The notes beneath the pieces were generated by a model, which was not told where the DNA came from, made no database searches, and saw only the letters and a list, made by a program, of their open reading frames with translations. 35,453 nt of DNA from Actinomycetes bacterium (lineage in GTDB: Bacteria; Actinomycetota; Acidimicrobiia; Spongiisociales; UBA5794), in assembly GCA_024638645.1 (NCBI GenBank), contig JAHEJX010000032.1, positions 1 to 35,453 on the forward strand, given 5' to 3'. Below, piece by piece: positions 1 to 8,271 of the stretch. The position numbers and the translations under genes are program-made. Each line of letters starts with the position of its first letter. Within the stretch, counting starts at the first letter, position 1.

Positions 1-238
1 CTTAGGGCTGCTTCCTTCCGGACCTGACCCGGTTCACATCGTCCCGCCGCGTAGGACCCGGCCTTCAACGCCGATGGATCCCGATGCTGACCCGGCGACC
101 TTCCACCCTCGGGCGGGGGATGAGTCCCGCATGAAGAGGATTTCGGGTACAGGGCACCCCTAGCGCCCCACCGTGCACGGCGACGAGAAGGCTAGCGGTG
201 CCCAAGAGGCAGCGATTCGCGACCTAGGCTCTCCGACC

Positions 239-1255
239 ATGACTGACCTTCCACCACCTGGTTGGTATGACGATCCGACGTCGCCGGTGAACGAACGCTG
301 GTGGGACGGTGAGCGCTGGAGCGAGCAAACGCGGCGCAAGGCCACCACCGAATACGAGCCGCGTGCGGGCGAGTTGCGGCAAGTCGGCGACTACCTGGGC
401 CACGCTTTTGGCATGATTCGCAAGCGGTGGGACGACTTCTTGCTCGTCACCGTCATCGGCTCGGTGCTGCTCGCCACCATCTCGATAGCGCTGGTTCGTC
501 CGGTGATCGACGCACTCGACTTTTCGATCGACGAAATCAGGGGCTTCGGGAGCACTCAGGCGGCGCAACTCATTGCGTTCTTCGTACTCTTCATGATCGT
601 CGCCGTCGGCCTCTCAATGGCTCATTATCGGATCGCCTGGTCGGCGGCAATCGACGAGAGTGTGGGCTGGGCAACCGCCCTGCAATACGGGATTGCCTCG
701 ACCCCGCGTCTCGTTGGCTGGGTGATAGTGGCGATCCTGCCGATCATCATCGGTACCTTCATCTTCGTGTTGATCGCCAACGCAGTCGGCGGGCTTGGTG
801 CGCTCATCGGGATTGCGCTCTTCGTGGCTGTTGCCTGGTGGGCAATCGTCGTGACCTTTGTCCCGATATCGCTAGTGATCCAGCCGCGTGGCACCAATCC
901 AATTCGTTCGAGCATCGACATCGTGAAGGGCAAGTGGTGGCGTATTTTCGGCCGGCTGCTGGTGATGGGTTTGATCGCGGGTCTCGTGGTCAATGCGGTG
1001 ACTGCCATCATGGGCCAGGCGGTTGGCAGCTCTGTGTTCGGGATCGAATTGATCGTGGACGAGCAAGGCGATATCGAGATCGTCAAGAACCTGGGCAACG
1101 GCCTCGAGTTCTTCCTTGGCGCTCTCGTATTCATATTCATGTCATTCGTCGGCAATGTGGCCACGTTCTGCGGGGTCACCTCAATCGCATACGACGCCAT
1201 GCCCGGTGCGGCCGCTCAATCGGCTGACTCCGACCCGAACCAGGAGTGGATGTGA
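239..1255 (+). CDS. DUF2510-type membrane protein: N-terminal PPGWYDDP...RWWDG motif followed by a multi-TM domain with a KGKWWRIFGRLL motif
   Basis: Long ORF 173..1255. The conserved GWYDDP/RWWDG N-terminal motif begins right after the ATG at 239 and the rest is hydrophobic. A GTG at 173 is an alternative start. No clear SD. Confidence 0.65.
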   Translation: MTDLPPPGWYDDPTSPVNERWWDGERWSEQTRRKATTEYEPRAGELRQVGDYLGHAFGMIRKRWDDFLLVTVIGSVLLATISIALVRPVIDALDFSIDEIRGFGSTQAAQLIAFFVLFMIVAVGLSMAHYRIAWSAAIDESVGWATALQYGIASTPRLVGWVIVAILPIIIGTFIFVLIANAVGGLGALIGIALFVAVAWWAIVVTFVPISLVIQPRGTNPIRSSIDIVKGKWWRIFGRLLVMGLIAGLVVNAVTAIMGQAVGSSVFGIELIVDEQGDIEIVKNLGNGLEFFLGALVFIFMSFVGNVATFCGVTSIAYDAMPGAAAQSADSDPNQEWM

Positions 1256-2238
1256 GTCTGCCTCCGGCCGGTTGGTATGACGACCCAATCGATCCGACCA
1301 TGCAGCGCTGGTGGGATGGAGACGCGTGGACGGAACATCGTCGATCTGGTTCTCTCGGAGCCGCGGGATCGACGGGAGGCGGCGTAGCCGCAAGGCGCGG
1401 CGACATGCGAGACGTTGGCGACATGGTCAGCCATGCATTCTCCCTGATCCGGCTTCGACTGGGTGGAATCATTGGCGTCGGTGTAGTTGCGGCGTCCGCC
1501 ATCGCGGTCGCATACGGCGTGTTCATTGTTGCTGCCTTCGGAATGGCATTCGAAGTCAACGCAGGCGAATTCATCGAGTCGAATACGGACGCCATAGTGT
1601 TGTTGATATTCCTCTTCGCAGTCGCCGGGGTCCTGGCGGTCGCGTCTTTTCTGGCGACGACGACGATGTTGTGGGACGCCGCCACGGGGCGCAGCCGGTC
1701 GTGGGGAGCTGCCTTCGCCAACGGTTTTCGCCGGCTTTTTCCCTATCTCGGCTGGGCGATCGTCGGCGGATTACCGATGTTCGGCGTGTTGCTGTTGGCG
1801 GCCGCGGTAGGAAGCGGTTTGGAGAATGATGCGTTTGGCCTGATCTTCCTACTGGTCTTCATCCCTTTGATGTATTGGAGCCTCGTTCTCTACTTCGTGC
1901 CGGTAATGGTCATCCGGGAGACGGGTGAGAACGCTGTCATGGCTTCCTTCCAGTTGGTCAAGGGCCGCTGGTGGCGGATTTTCGGCCGGATGCTGGCATG
2001 GGGCCTGATCATGATCGGGATCGGGATCGGCGTCGGCATCATGTTTTCGATAGTGGCTGCGGCGGCCGCCAACGATGGCGGTCCGCTCGGAGTCGCCGTT
2101 GCGGTCCTAGTCGCTGCCATCGGCCTGACTGCGTTCTTCTTGTCCTACGCGCTCCAGATTGCGCCCATCGTGTCGATCACGTATGACCTCGTCGGCGGAA
2201 GCGTGCGGGCAGGAGACCAGACAGCGGACGTCGCTTAG
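1246..2238 (+). CDS. DUF2510-type membrane protein, paralog of the upstream gene (same GWYDDP...RWWDG N-terminus, multi-TM, KGRWWRIFGRML motif)
   Basis: The ORF has a GTG start at 1246 (or 1252) overlapping the upstream stop by 10 (or 4) nt. The domain order is the same as in the previous gene, indicating a tandem duplication. Confidence 0.7.
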   Translation: MDVSLPPAGWYDDPIDPTMQRWWDGDAWTEHRRSGSLGAAGSTGGGVAARRGDMRDVGDMVSHAFSLIRLRLGGIIGVGVVAASAIAVAYGVFIVAAFGMAFEVNAGEFIESNTDAIVLLIFLFAVAGVLAVASFLATTTMLWDAATGRSRSWGAAFANGFRRLFPYLGWAIVGGLPMFGVLLLAAAVGSGLENDAFGLIFLLVFIPLMYWSLVLYFVPVMVIRETGENAVMASFQLVKGRWWRIFGRMLAWGLIMIGIGIGVGIMFSIVAAAAANDGGPLGVAVAVLVAAIGLTAFFLSYALQIAPIVSITYDLVGGSVRAGDQTADVA

Positions 2239-2705
2239 GACGCCTCGTCCAATGACTCGATGTACGCGACCAGCGCGTCGATTTCCGAGTTCGCCAGCTG
2301 GGACGCGTAGTTGGTCGGCATGATGGTGGGTTGGAAGCCGACGACCACGTCGGCGCGCGGGTCGACAATCGAAGTGCGCAGGTAGGCCGTGGTCGCGACC
2401 GCAGTGTCGCCACTGCGCAAAGCACGGTCAGATCCGGCGAGCCCATGCCATGTCGGCCCGGTCTTGGCCGTTCCGTCGATCGTGTGGCACCCGAGGCATC
2501 CTGCACTATCTGCGATTTCGGCACCGACGACTGCCTGATTGGCGCTGTTGTCCTGGACGGAGACCGGCCACTCGACGTACCCGCCGTCGATGGCCCAGAT
2601 GAGTGCGGCGAAGGCGATGATGACCGATCCGAGGAAGCCGCCGACTATTCCGGCGCTGAAGAACGCGGGTCTCAGGTCAGGGTCTGTGCCTGCATCGGTA
2701 GCCAT
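2235..2705 (-). CDS. Membrane-anchored monoheme c-type cytochrome (class I), likely electron acceptor for arsenite oxidase
   Basis: Single CXXCH motif (CLGCH). One N-terminal TM helix (FFSAGIVGGFLGSVIIAFAALIWAI). A downstream Met ligand region (IMPTNYASQL...LVAYIESL) typical of c551/c552. Start taken at the internal ATG (2705); the ORF is open up to 2816. Confidence 0.75.
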   Translation of the reverse strand: MATDAGTDPDLRPAFFSAGIVGGFLGSVIIAFAALIWAIDGGYVEWPVSVQDNSANQAVVGAEIADSAGCLGCHTIDGTAKTGPTWHGLAGSDRALRSGDTAVATTAYLRTSIVDPRADVVVGFQPTIMPTNYASQLANSEIDALVAYIESLDEAS

Positions 2706-2842
2706 GGGCACAAGTACACAGGGCTGCTCAGGGGACAAGTAGGGCCGCCCGGCACCATCGGTGCGGGCAAATGGCCCTAACTCGACCCGGCGGGCCGCGG
2801 GACTATGCGACATCACACTTGTGGGAGGTCTACGTGGGAAGA

Positions 2843-3400
2843 ATGACGCGGCGAGAATTCCTCTTCTTGGGCGCTGCTGTCGGCGCTACCGCAGCGGTCG
2901 GTGTTGTTGTCCCAATATCCATCACCGCCCGTGACACTGTTGGCGTCGCCGGCGAAGGCTCGTCACCCGGAGCGCTTGTGGGCGTATTCCGGCCCGAGCG
3001 CATTGCGTCGTTGGCCGATCTCGAGGTCGGAGTTCCTGTAACGTTCGACTACCCGGCACCAGGTCAGACGAACTATCTCGTCAAACTCGCCGGGCCCACA
3101 GCCACCGGCCAGGGTCCTGACGAAGACCTCGTTGCCTTCTCCCGGATCTGCACTCATATGGGTTGTCTCATCGACGACTACAACGCGGCAACGGCAACGC
3201 TCGGTCCATGTCCGTGCCACTTCACCACGTTCGACTTCGCCAAGGACGGTGGAGTCATTCTCGGCCAGGCGACTCAGAACCTCCCGAGAATCCTCCTGGA
3301 TGTGGAAGACGACGACATCAGTGCAACGGGAGTCATGCGGCTGATCTATGGCTACAACAACACGCTGCTCGATGTGGCATCAGTAGGGAGCTCAGCATGA
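2843..3400 (+). CDS. aioB: Arsenite oxidase small (Rieske) subunit AioB with twin-arginine signal
   Basis: TAT motif RREFLFLGAAVGATAA. Rieske boxes CTHMGC and CPCH with aio-typical spacing. Alignable to the Alcaligenes faecalis arsenite oxidase small subunit from memory. The stop overlaps the aioA ATG (ATGA). GGGAGG lies 13 nt upstream of ATG 2843 (alternative GTG at 2834). Confidence 0.85.
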   Translation: MTRREFLFLGAAVGATAAVGVVVPISITARDTVGVAGEGSSPGALVGVFRPERIASLADLEVGVPVTFDYPAPGQTNYLVKLAGPTATGQGPDEDLVAFSRICTHMGCLIDDYNAATATLGPCPCHFTTFDFAKDGGVILGQATQNLPRILLDVEDDDISATGVMRLIYGYNNTLLDVASVGSSA

Positions 3401-5901
3401 CAACATCCAGTCCCGCATCGGTCCCGCTTCCACCCCCTGACGCCACCAACAAGATCATCTGCTGTGAGTACTGCCCGGTCGCCTGCGGCTATCAGGTGTA
3501 CAGCTGGCCTGTCGGCGAGGAGGGCGGCCCGGCAGCGGCGGACAACGCTTTTGGTGTCGATTTCCCCGTTGCCCCTCTCAGCGGGCGCTGGATCTCCCAA
3601 ACCATGCACACGGTAACGAAGGTCGACGGAAAGCTCTCAAATGTCGTGGTCATCCCTGACGCCGACATCGGAGCCGTCAATGTTGGTGGAACTCACTCGG
3701 TGCGTGGTGGAGCGTTGGCGCAGAAGCTCTACCGACCGGACGGACCGACCTCGGACCGCTATCAGTTCCCCATGCTCAAGGTGCGAGGAGACTTCGTCCC
3801 AATCCCCTGGGAGACCGCGATCGACCTGGTAGCGCGGTTGTCCCAGTACACCCTGGACAACTTCGACGAGCTGGCCTGGGGGATGAAGATCTACTCGTAT
3901 CAGTTCTTCGAGAACACCTTTGCGGCTAGCAAGCTCGCACTCAAGGAGATCGGAACACCCAACTGGAGCCCGCACCACGCTCCGGCCGAGGGCGACGATA
4001 CGCCCGGGTTGTCAGACGTAGGGATCGACGCCTTCAGTGCCTCCTTCGAGGACGACAAGGCGGCCGACGTGCTGTTCATCGCAGGATCCGATCCTTACGA
4101 GACGAAGACTGTTCGCTTCACGACGTGGCAAGCGCCGGGAGAGGCAACGATCATCTTCGTCGATCCGAGACGAACCTTCACGGCGTCTTTCGCCGAGTCG
4201 CGCGGTGGACTGCATCTGCAGTTGCAGCCGGGCACGGACACGGCGCTCTATTCGGCGATCGTGCGCGAGATCATCTCCCAAGGCTGGGAGGACGCCGCGT
4301 TCATTCAGGCCAACACTGCCGGCCGCGCCGAACTCGATGCGGAAGGCAAGTGGCGCCGCAAGATGTTCGGCCAGACCTTCGATGAGTACCGGAACTACAT
4401 CTTCTCGCAAGATGATTTTTCGCTGGAAGGTGTGGAACGCGCCACCGGTGTCCCGGCGGACAAGGTCAGGCGAGCCGCCGAGTTGATGACCGGTGGCGGT
4501 GCCGCCGAGCGCCCCAAGACAACGATCCTCATGGAAAAGGGCGTCTACTGGTCCCACAACTACGAGAACACGGCGGCGATCGGCAACATGGCGCTTGTCA
4601 CCGGCTCCTCAGGAAGCGAGGGCCGAGCGGTGTCTCGCATGGGCGGACACCAGCGAGGCGGGGTGAAGGCTGCCGGCTATCCGGCCGACAAGTCCCCACA
4701 CGAGTTCGAGGGTCACAAGCTGGAGATGGACACCGAGCGGTGGTTCGCCCAAGGCAACACCCGTTTCCGCTGGATCGTCGGACAGAACTGGATCGGCGCA
4801 ATGGGTGCCTCACAAGCGCTCGCCGATGTGACAGCTCGGTTGACTTCGATGGGCCCACCGGTCGATTCCGTCGACCCGGACCGTGCCTTCGAGGCTCTCG
4901 CCCGCCGCATGGACGAAGGCGGAACCGTCATCGTTCACCAAGAGACCTATCCGAACGACAGCACGAAGTACGCCGACATCATCTTGGCTGCAGGCGCCTG
5001 GGGTGAGGACACCTACGCCAGGGCCAACGCCGAGCGGCGCATACGACTTTACGAAAAGATTGCCGACCCGCCGGGCGAGGCGATGTCCGACTGGAAGATT
5101 TTCGCCGCCGTGGGTCGCGCCATGGGGTTCGAGGGCTTCGATTGGGCCGACACGAACGAGATCTTCGAGGAGTCGGGCCCGCGCTCCGCAGGAAGCCGCA
5201 AGGACTACGCGGCTCTCGTTGAGAAGGCCCAGGCGGAGGGGATCCGCGGTCATGACCTACTGAGAACCTACGGGAACACAGGCATTCAGGCCCCCCTTGG
5301 TGTCGATGACTCTGGGAATCTGACGGAGACTCCGCGACTGCACGCCAATCTCAAGTTCAAGTCCGACTCGGGCAAAGCCAACTTCGTTCTAGCCGACTGG
5401 GACGCAGTGAAGCGCCGCAACGAGATCGTCGGCCCAATCGGTGATGAGCTGTGGGTCACGAACGGGCGGGTAAACGAGCTCTGGAACAACTTGTCCGACT
5501 ACACCCGTCGGGAGATAGCTACGGCACGATGGCCCATGAACTGGCTGGAGATCTCGCCGGGCGACGCCTCCAGTCGTGGTATCGAATCCGGTGATCTCGT
5601 TTCGATCGAGTCCGACAACGTGCTGGATCAACTCGGCAACATCACTTCGGGTTCGTTCACCGCTGTGGCGTACGTGTCCGACATCGTTCCCGACGGGGTG
5701 ACGTTCACGTACTTCCTGTTCCCGGGGCAGCCGGCCAACACTGTGGTGTCGGGCGACAGCAGCCTGCAGCCGCTCAACCTGCGCTACAACTTCAAACTCG
5801 GCAAGGGGCGAATCCGCAAGCTGGGCACCACCGGCCTCAAGGAGACCATGAGCTTCGCACCGCGGAATCAGGCTCCTCTCACAATCGAAGGCGCTTCATA
5901 G
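3397..5901 (+). CDS. aioA: Arsenite oxidase large molybdopterin subunit AioA (3Fe-4S type)
   Basis: 834 aa from ATG 3397 (GGGAG RBS 7 nt upstream). N-terminal C-x2-C-x3-C motif (CCEYCPVACGYQVY). Conserved blocks match AioA recalled from memory (VIPDA...RGG, IIFVDPRRT, QPGTDTAL, RMGGHQ). The longer ORF from 3163 is an out-of-frame-overlap artefact. Confidence 0.9.
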   Translation: MTTSSPASVPLPPPDATNKIICCEYCPVACGYQVYSWPVGEEGGPAAADNAFGVDFPVAPLSGRWISQTMHTVTKVDGKLSNVVVIPDADIGAVNVGGTHSVRGGALAQKLYRPDGPTSDRYQFPMLKVRGDFVPIPWETAIDLVARLSQYTLDNFDELAWGMKIYSYQFFENTFAASKLALKEIGTPNWSPHHAPAEGDDTPGLSDVGIDAFSASFEDDKAADVLFIAGSDPYETKTVRFTTWQAPGEATIIFVDPRRTFTASFAESRGGLHLQLQPGTDTALYSAIVREIISQGWEDAAFIQANTAGRAELDAEGKWRRKMFGQTFDEYRNYIFSQDDFSLEGVERATGVPADKVRRAAELMTGGGAAERPKTTILMEKGVYWSHNYENTAAIGNMALVTGSSGSEGRAVSRMGGHQRGGVKAAGYPADKSPHEFEGHKLEMDTERWFAQGNTRFRWIVGQNWIGAMGASQALADVTARLTSMGPPVDSVDPDRAFEALARRMDEGGTVIVHQETYPNDSTKYADIILAAGAWGEDTYARANAERRIRLYEKIADPPGEAMSDWKIFAAVGRAMGFEGFDWADTNEIFEESGPRSAGSRKDYAALVEKAQAEGIRGHDLLRTYGNTGIQAPLGVDDSGNLTETPRLHANLKFKSDSGKANFVLADWDAVKRRNEIVGPIGDELWVTNGRVNELWNNLSDYTRREIATARWPMNWLEISPGDASSRGIESGDLVSIESDNVLDQLGNITSGSFTAVAYVSDIVPDGVTFTYFLFPGQPANTVVSGDSSLQPLNLRYNFKLGKGRIRKLGTTGLKETMSFAPRNQAPLTIEGAS

Positions 5902-6005
5902 GACGGCCGGGTCTCGCCACCAGTGATGACCGCCGCGGTCGAGCTGCCGGCGGACAGGAGCAGGTTGTGGTTTGCAGGCCGCGCCGGTTACAGGCGTCGA
6001 GCCGG

Positions 6006-6476
6006 TTACAGGCGCCCTGGCCGCGTCTTTGGCTGCAGGAACGTCCCCGAGCTGCGCCCTGTGATGGCGTCGAACTCGATCTTGATGACGTAGGCCTTGC
6101 TGAGGCTCGGCCCCGTGTCACCGAGCAGGCTGTTGAAGGACTGCTCATATCGACGCAACAATGCTTGGATGATCGACGCTTCCTCGTTGACATCCTCGAC
6201 AACGGCGGCGTGTCCATTCGCAACGACACAGCGCCATGAGCCTGTGTCGTCGGTGTATTCCGTGATTTCTATGGACACTTTCGGATTCTGAGCCAGCCCG
6301 TCGAGGCGTTTTCCTGTGAGGCTGCGGAACGCAATACCATCGCCGAGCGGCACGAAGGAAATCGGAGTGACGTACGGCTCACCGTCGCAGATCACGCCAA
6401 TGTGCGCGAACTTCGCACCCGAGATCACTTCAGCGATCTCTTGCGGTGTCAGCTGGTTCATGGCCACAGTCTCCAT
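6006..6476 (-). CDS. Pyridoxamine 5'-phosphate oxidase-like (PPOX / FMN- or F420-binding split-barrel) family protein
   Basis: Family-typical sequence (PQEIAEVISGAKFAHIGVICDGEPYVTPISFV..., NimA/PPOX class). ATG at 6476 chosen; the ORF is open to 6560. No SD. Confidence 0.65.
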   Translation of the reverse strand: METVAMNQLTPQEIAEVISGAKFAHIGVICDGEPYVTPISFVPLGDGIAFRSLTGKRLDGLAQNPKVSIEITEYTDDTGSWRCVVANGHAAVVEDVNEEASIIQALLRRYEQSFNSLLGDTGPSLSKAYVIKIEFDAITGRSSGTFLQPKTRPGRL

Positions 6477-6584
6477 AGTGGAACAGAAACCACGATAGAG
6501 ACTTTTGGCGGGGTGCCTCGGGCCATAGACCCTGTATCGGATGCGTAGGCTCGACAACACTGGAACTGCGATAGGAGGTGAACC

Positions 6585-7007
6585 ATGTTGCTACTCACCG
6601 CATACGACGGATCGGACCACGGCAACGCTGCGCTGGTTCGAGCCGATGAGCTTGCTCCGTGTCTAGAGGCAGAGCACCATGTGATACTCGTGGCTCATGT
6701 GCAGTCCTATCAGTGGACCGCGATGAGCAACCCGTATCAGATCGACCTCTATGCCCTTGAAGAGGAGCATCTCAACGAGGCGTACGAGAAGGCGAAGACA
6801 GGACTCAAGCATGAGACCACCGTGGTCATGCGACGCGGTGAGCCTGCCAGGGAGATCATCGCCTACGCCGAGGAAGTCGGCGCCGACTTCATCGTCATTG
6901 GCACTCGCGGTCGAGGTGGCGTCAAGTCACTACTCCTGGGCTCGACGAGCCACAGCGTCATCCACGGCGCCCCGTGCGACGTGATAGTGGTTCGGCACCC
7001 GCACTAG
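6585..7007 (+). CDS. Universal stress protein (UspA family)
   Basis: C-terminal ATP-binding motif IVIGTRGRGGVKSLLLGSTSHSVIHGAPCDVIVV. AGGAGG RBS 6 nt upstream of the ATG. Confidence 0.85.
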   Translation: MLLLTAYDGSDHGNAALVRADELAPCLEAEHHVILVAHVQSYQWTAMSNPYQIDLYALEEEHLNEAYEKAKTGLKHETTVVMRRGEPAREIIAYAEEVGADFIVIGTRGRGGVKSLLLGSTSHSVIHGAPCDVIVVRHPH

Positions 7008-7172
7008 GGATAACGAACCAGTAGCTCGTATCTCGTACTGCTCTGAGAAGCACTGAGCGCGGCGGTACGAGTTCCGGCTCGTGTGGGATTGAGGGTTGTG
7101 CCTGTGGCTGGTTCGATGAGGCAGTCGAGATACGAGCTACTAGATATCAGATACGAGTGCAGACAGCCGCAG

Positions 7173-8195
7173 TTACAGCGGCACCGCCCACTCCACCATC
7201 GTTCCGCCGTCATCTCGCTGCGTGATGTCGCAACTGCCACCGAGAACTTGGGCGCGATTCATCATGTTGGTGAGACCAAAGCCGGGGCGGGTGGCTGCGG
7301 CGTCCGGCATTCCTATGCCATTGTCAGAAACGCGCAGCCGGCAGGTGCCCTGAGTTGTGTCTATCAGCACGGAGAGCTCGGTAGCTTCTGCATGGCGGAT
7401 GACGTTGCTGGTGGCCTCTTGAAGCGTGGCCAGCAGATGTTCCTGGGTTCGGGCGGGCAGAGGGGCACCGTCCGGTTGCACTTCGATGAACACCTCGATC
7501 GCGTTGCCGTTCACTACCTCGTGAACCACGCGATGAGACGCGTTCTCGAGTGACTCGGACTCGTCGCCGTGAGTCAGGTTGAAGATCACCTTGCGAAGCC
7601 GGGTGATGACACTGTCGAGGTGACTGACGCTGGCCCCGAGTTGCCTCTTCATCGAGTCCTCCACCATGCCGCGCTGAAGTGCCTGCAAGCCCATGCCTGC
7701 GGCGAATATGTCTTGAATCACGGTGTCGTGAAGATCGCGGGCGATACGCTGGCGGTCGTCGATGATTGCTCGCCACTCGTCGGCCTCGGAGATCGCAATC
7801 TCAGCCTCCAGGCGAGCGGTGGCGTCGCGGATCGCCGCAATCGTGTAGACGGTTGTGCCGACTTCAAACGGACTCAGTGCAATGTCGACTGGGATCTTGT
7901 GGCCGTCGCGATGGAGTGCGAACAGCCGAAGTCCGGCACCCATGGCGCGGGATCGAGGCATCGCGATATAGGAGTTGCGGTGCGACTCATGGACCTCGCG
8001 GAGCGCCGGCGGGACGAGCTCTTCGACGGCAGTGTCTTGAAGATCGTCGGCGCTGTATCCCAGGAGCTGTGTTGCCTGGGGGTTGACGGCGACGATCCTT
8101 CCCAACGCGTCAATCACGACGATTCCGTCGGGAGACTCCGTGAAGAACGGGCTGGCTAGGGCAGCACGTAGTTCAGATGCCAGGGATGCTTCCAT
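7173..8195 (-). CDS. Cytoplasmic PAS-domain sensor histidine kinase (HisKA_3/NarL-partner type)
   Basis: No TM segments. PAS domain, then an H-box (ARDLHDTVIQDIFAAGMGLQ) and HATPase_c (N, G1, G2 boxes). The ORF is open to 8273, where its start codon would overlap the divergent regulator start. The ATG at 8195 is more plausible. Confidence 0.75.
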   Translation of the reverse strand: MEASLASELRAALASPFFTESPDGIVVIDALGRIVAVNPQATQLLGYSADDLQDTAVEELVPPALREVHESHRNSYIAMPRSRAMGAGLRLFALHRDGHKIPVDIALSPFEVGTTVYTIAAIRDATARLEAEIAISEADEWRAIIDDRQRIARDLHDTVIQDIFAAGMGLQALQRGMVEDSMKRQLGASVSHLDSVITRLRKVIFNLTHGDESESLENASHRVVHEVVNGNAIEVFIEVQPDGAPLPARTQEHLLATLQEATSNVIRHAEATELSVLIDTTQGTCRLRVSDNGIGMPDAAATRPGFGLTNMMNRAQVLGGSCDITQRDDGGTMVEWAVPL

Positions 8196-8271
8196 GGGGG
8201 CGAGGCTAGTGCGGCCGGATAGGGCCTGAAGTCCCTGGTAGTAGTGATGTCCCGCCGCTAGCGTCCCGAAC

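Noticed and set aside
427-1227. Six-frame ORFs overlapping real genes in other frames or on the opposite strand. The track contains many of these, for example 427..1227, 625..1200, 9414..10220, 15313..16704, 19316..20704 and 26604..27266.
   Set aside because: High-GC genomes produce long spurious open frames. The translations are Arg/Ala/Pro-rich with no domain signatures, and each is fully covered by a gene with clear family motifs.
3163-3396. N-terminal 78-codon extension of the aioA ORF overlapping aioB
   Set aside because: Out-of-frame overlap with aioB. The ATG at 3397 with a GGGAG RBS and ATGA coupling gives a canonical AioA N-terminus that starts a few residues before the CxxCxxxC motif.
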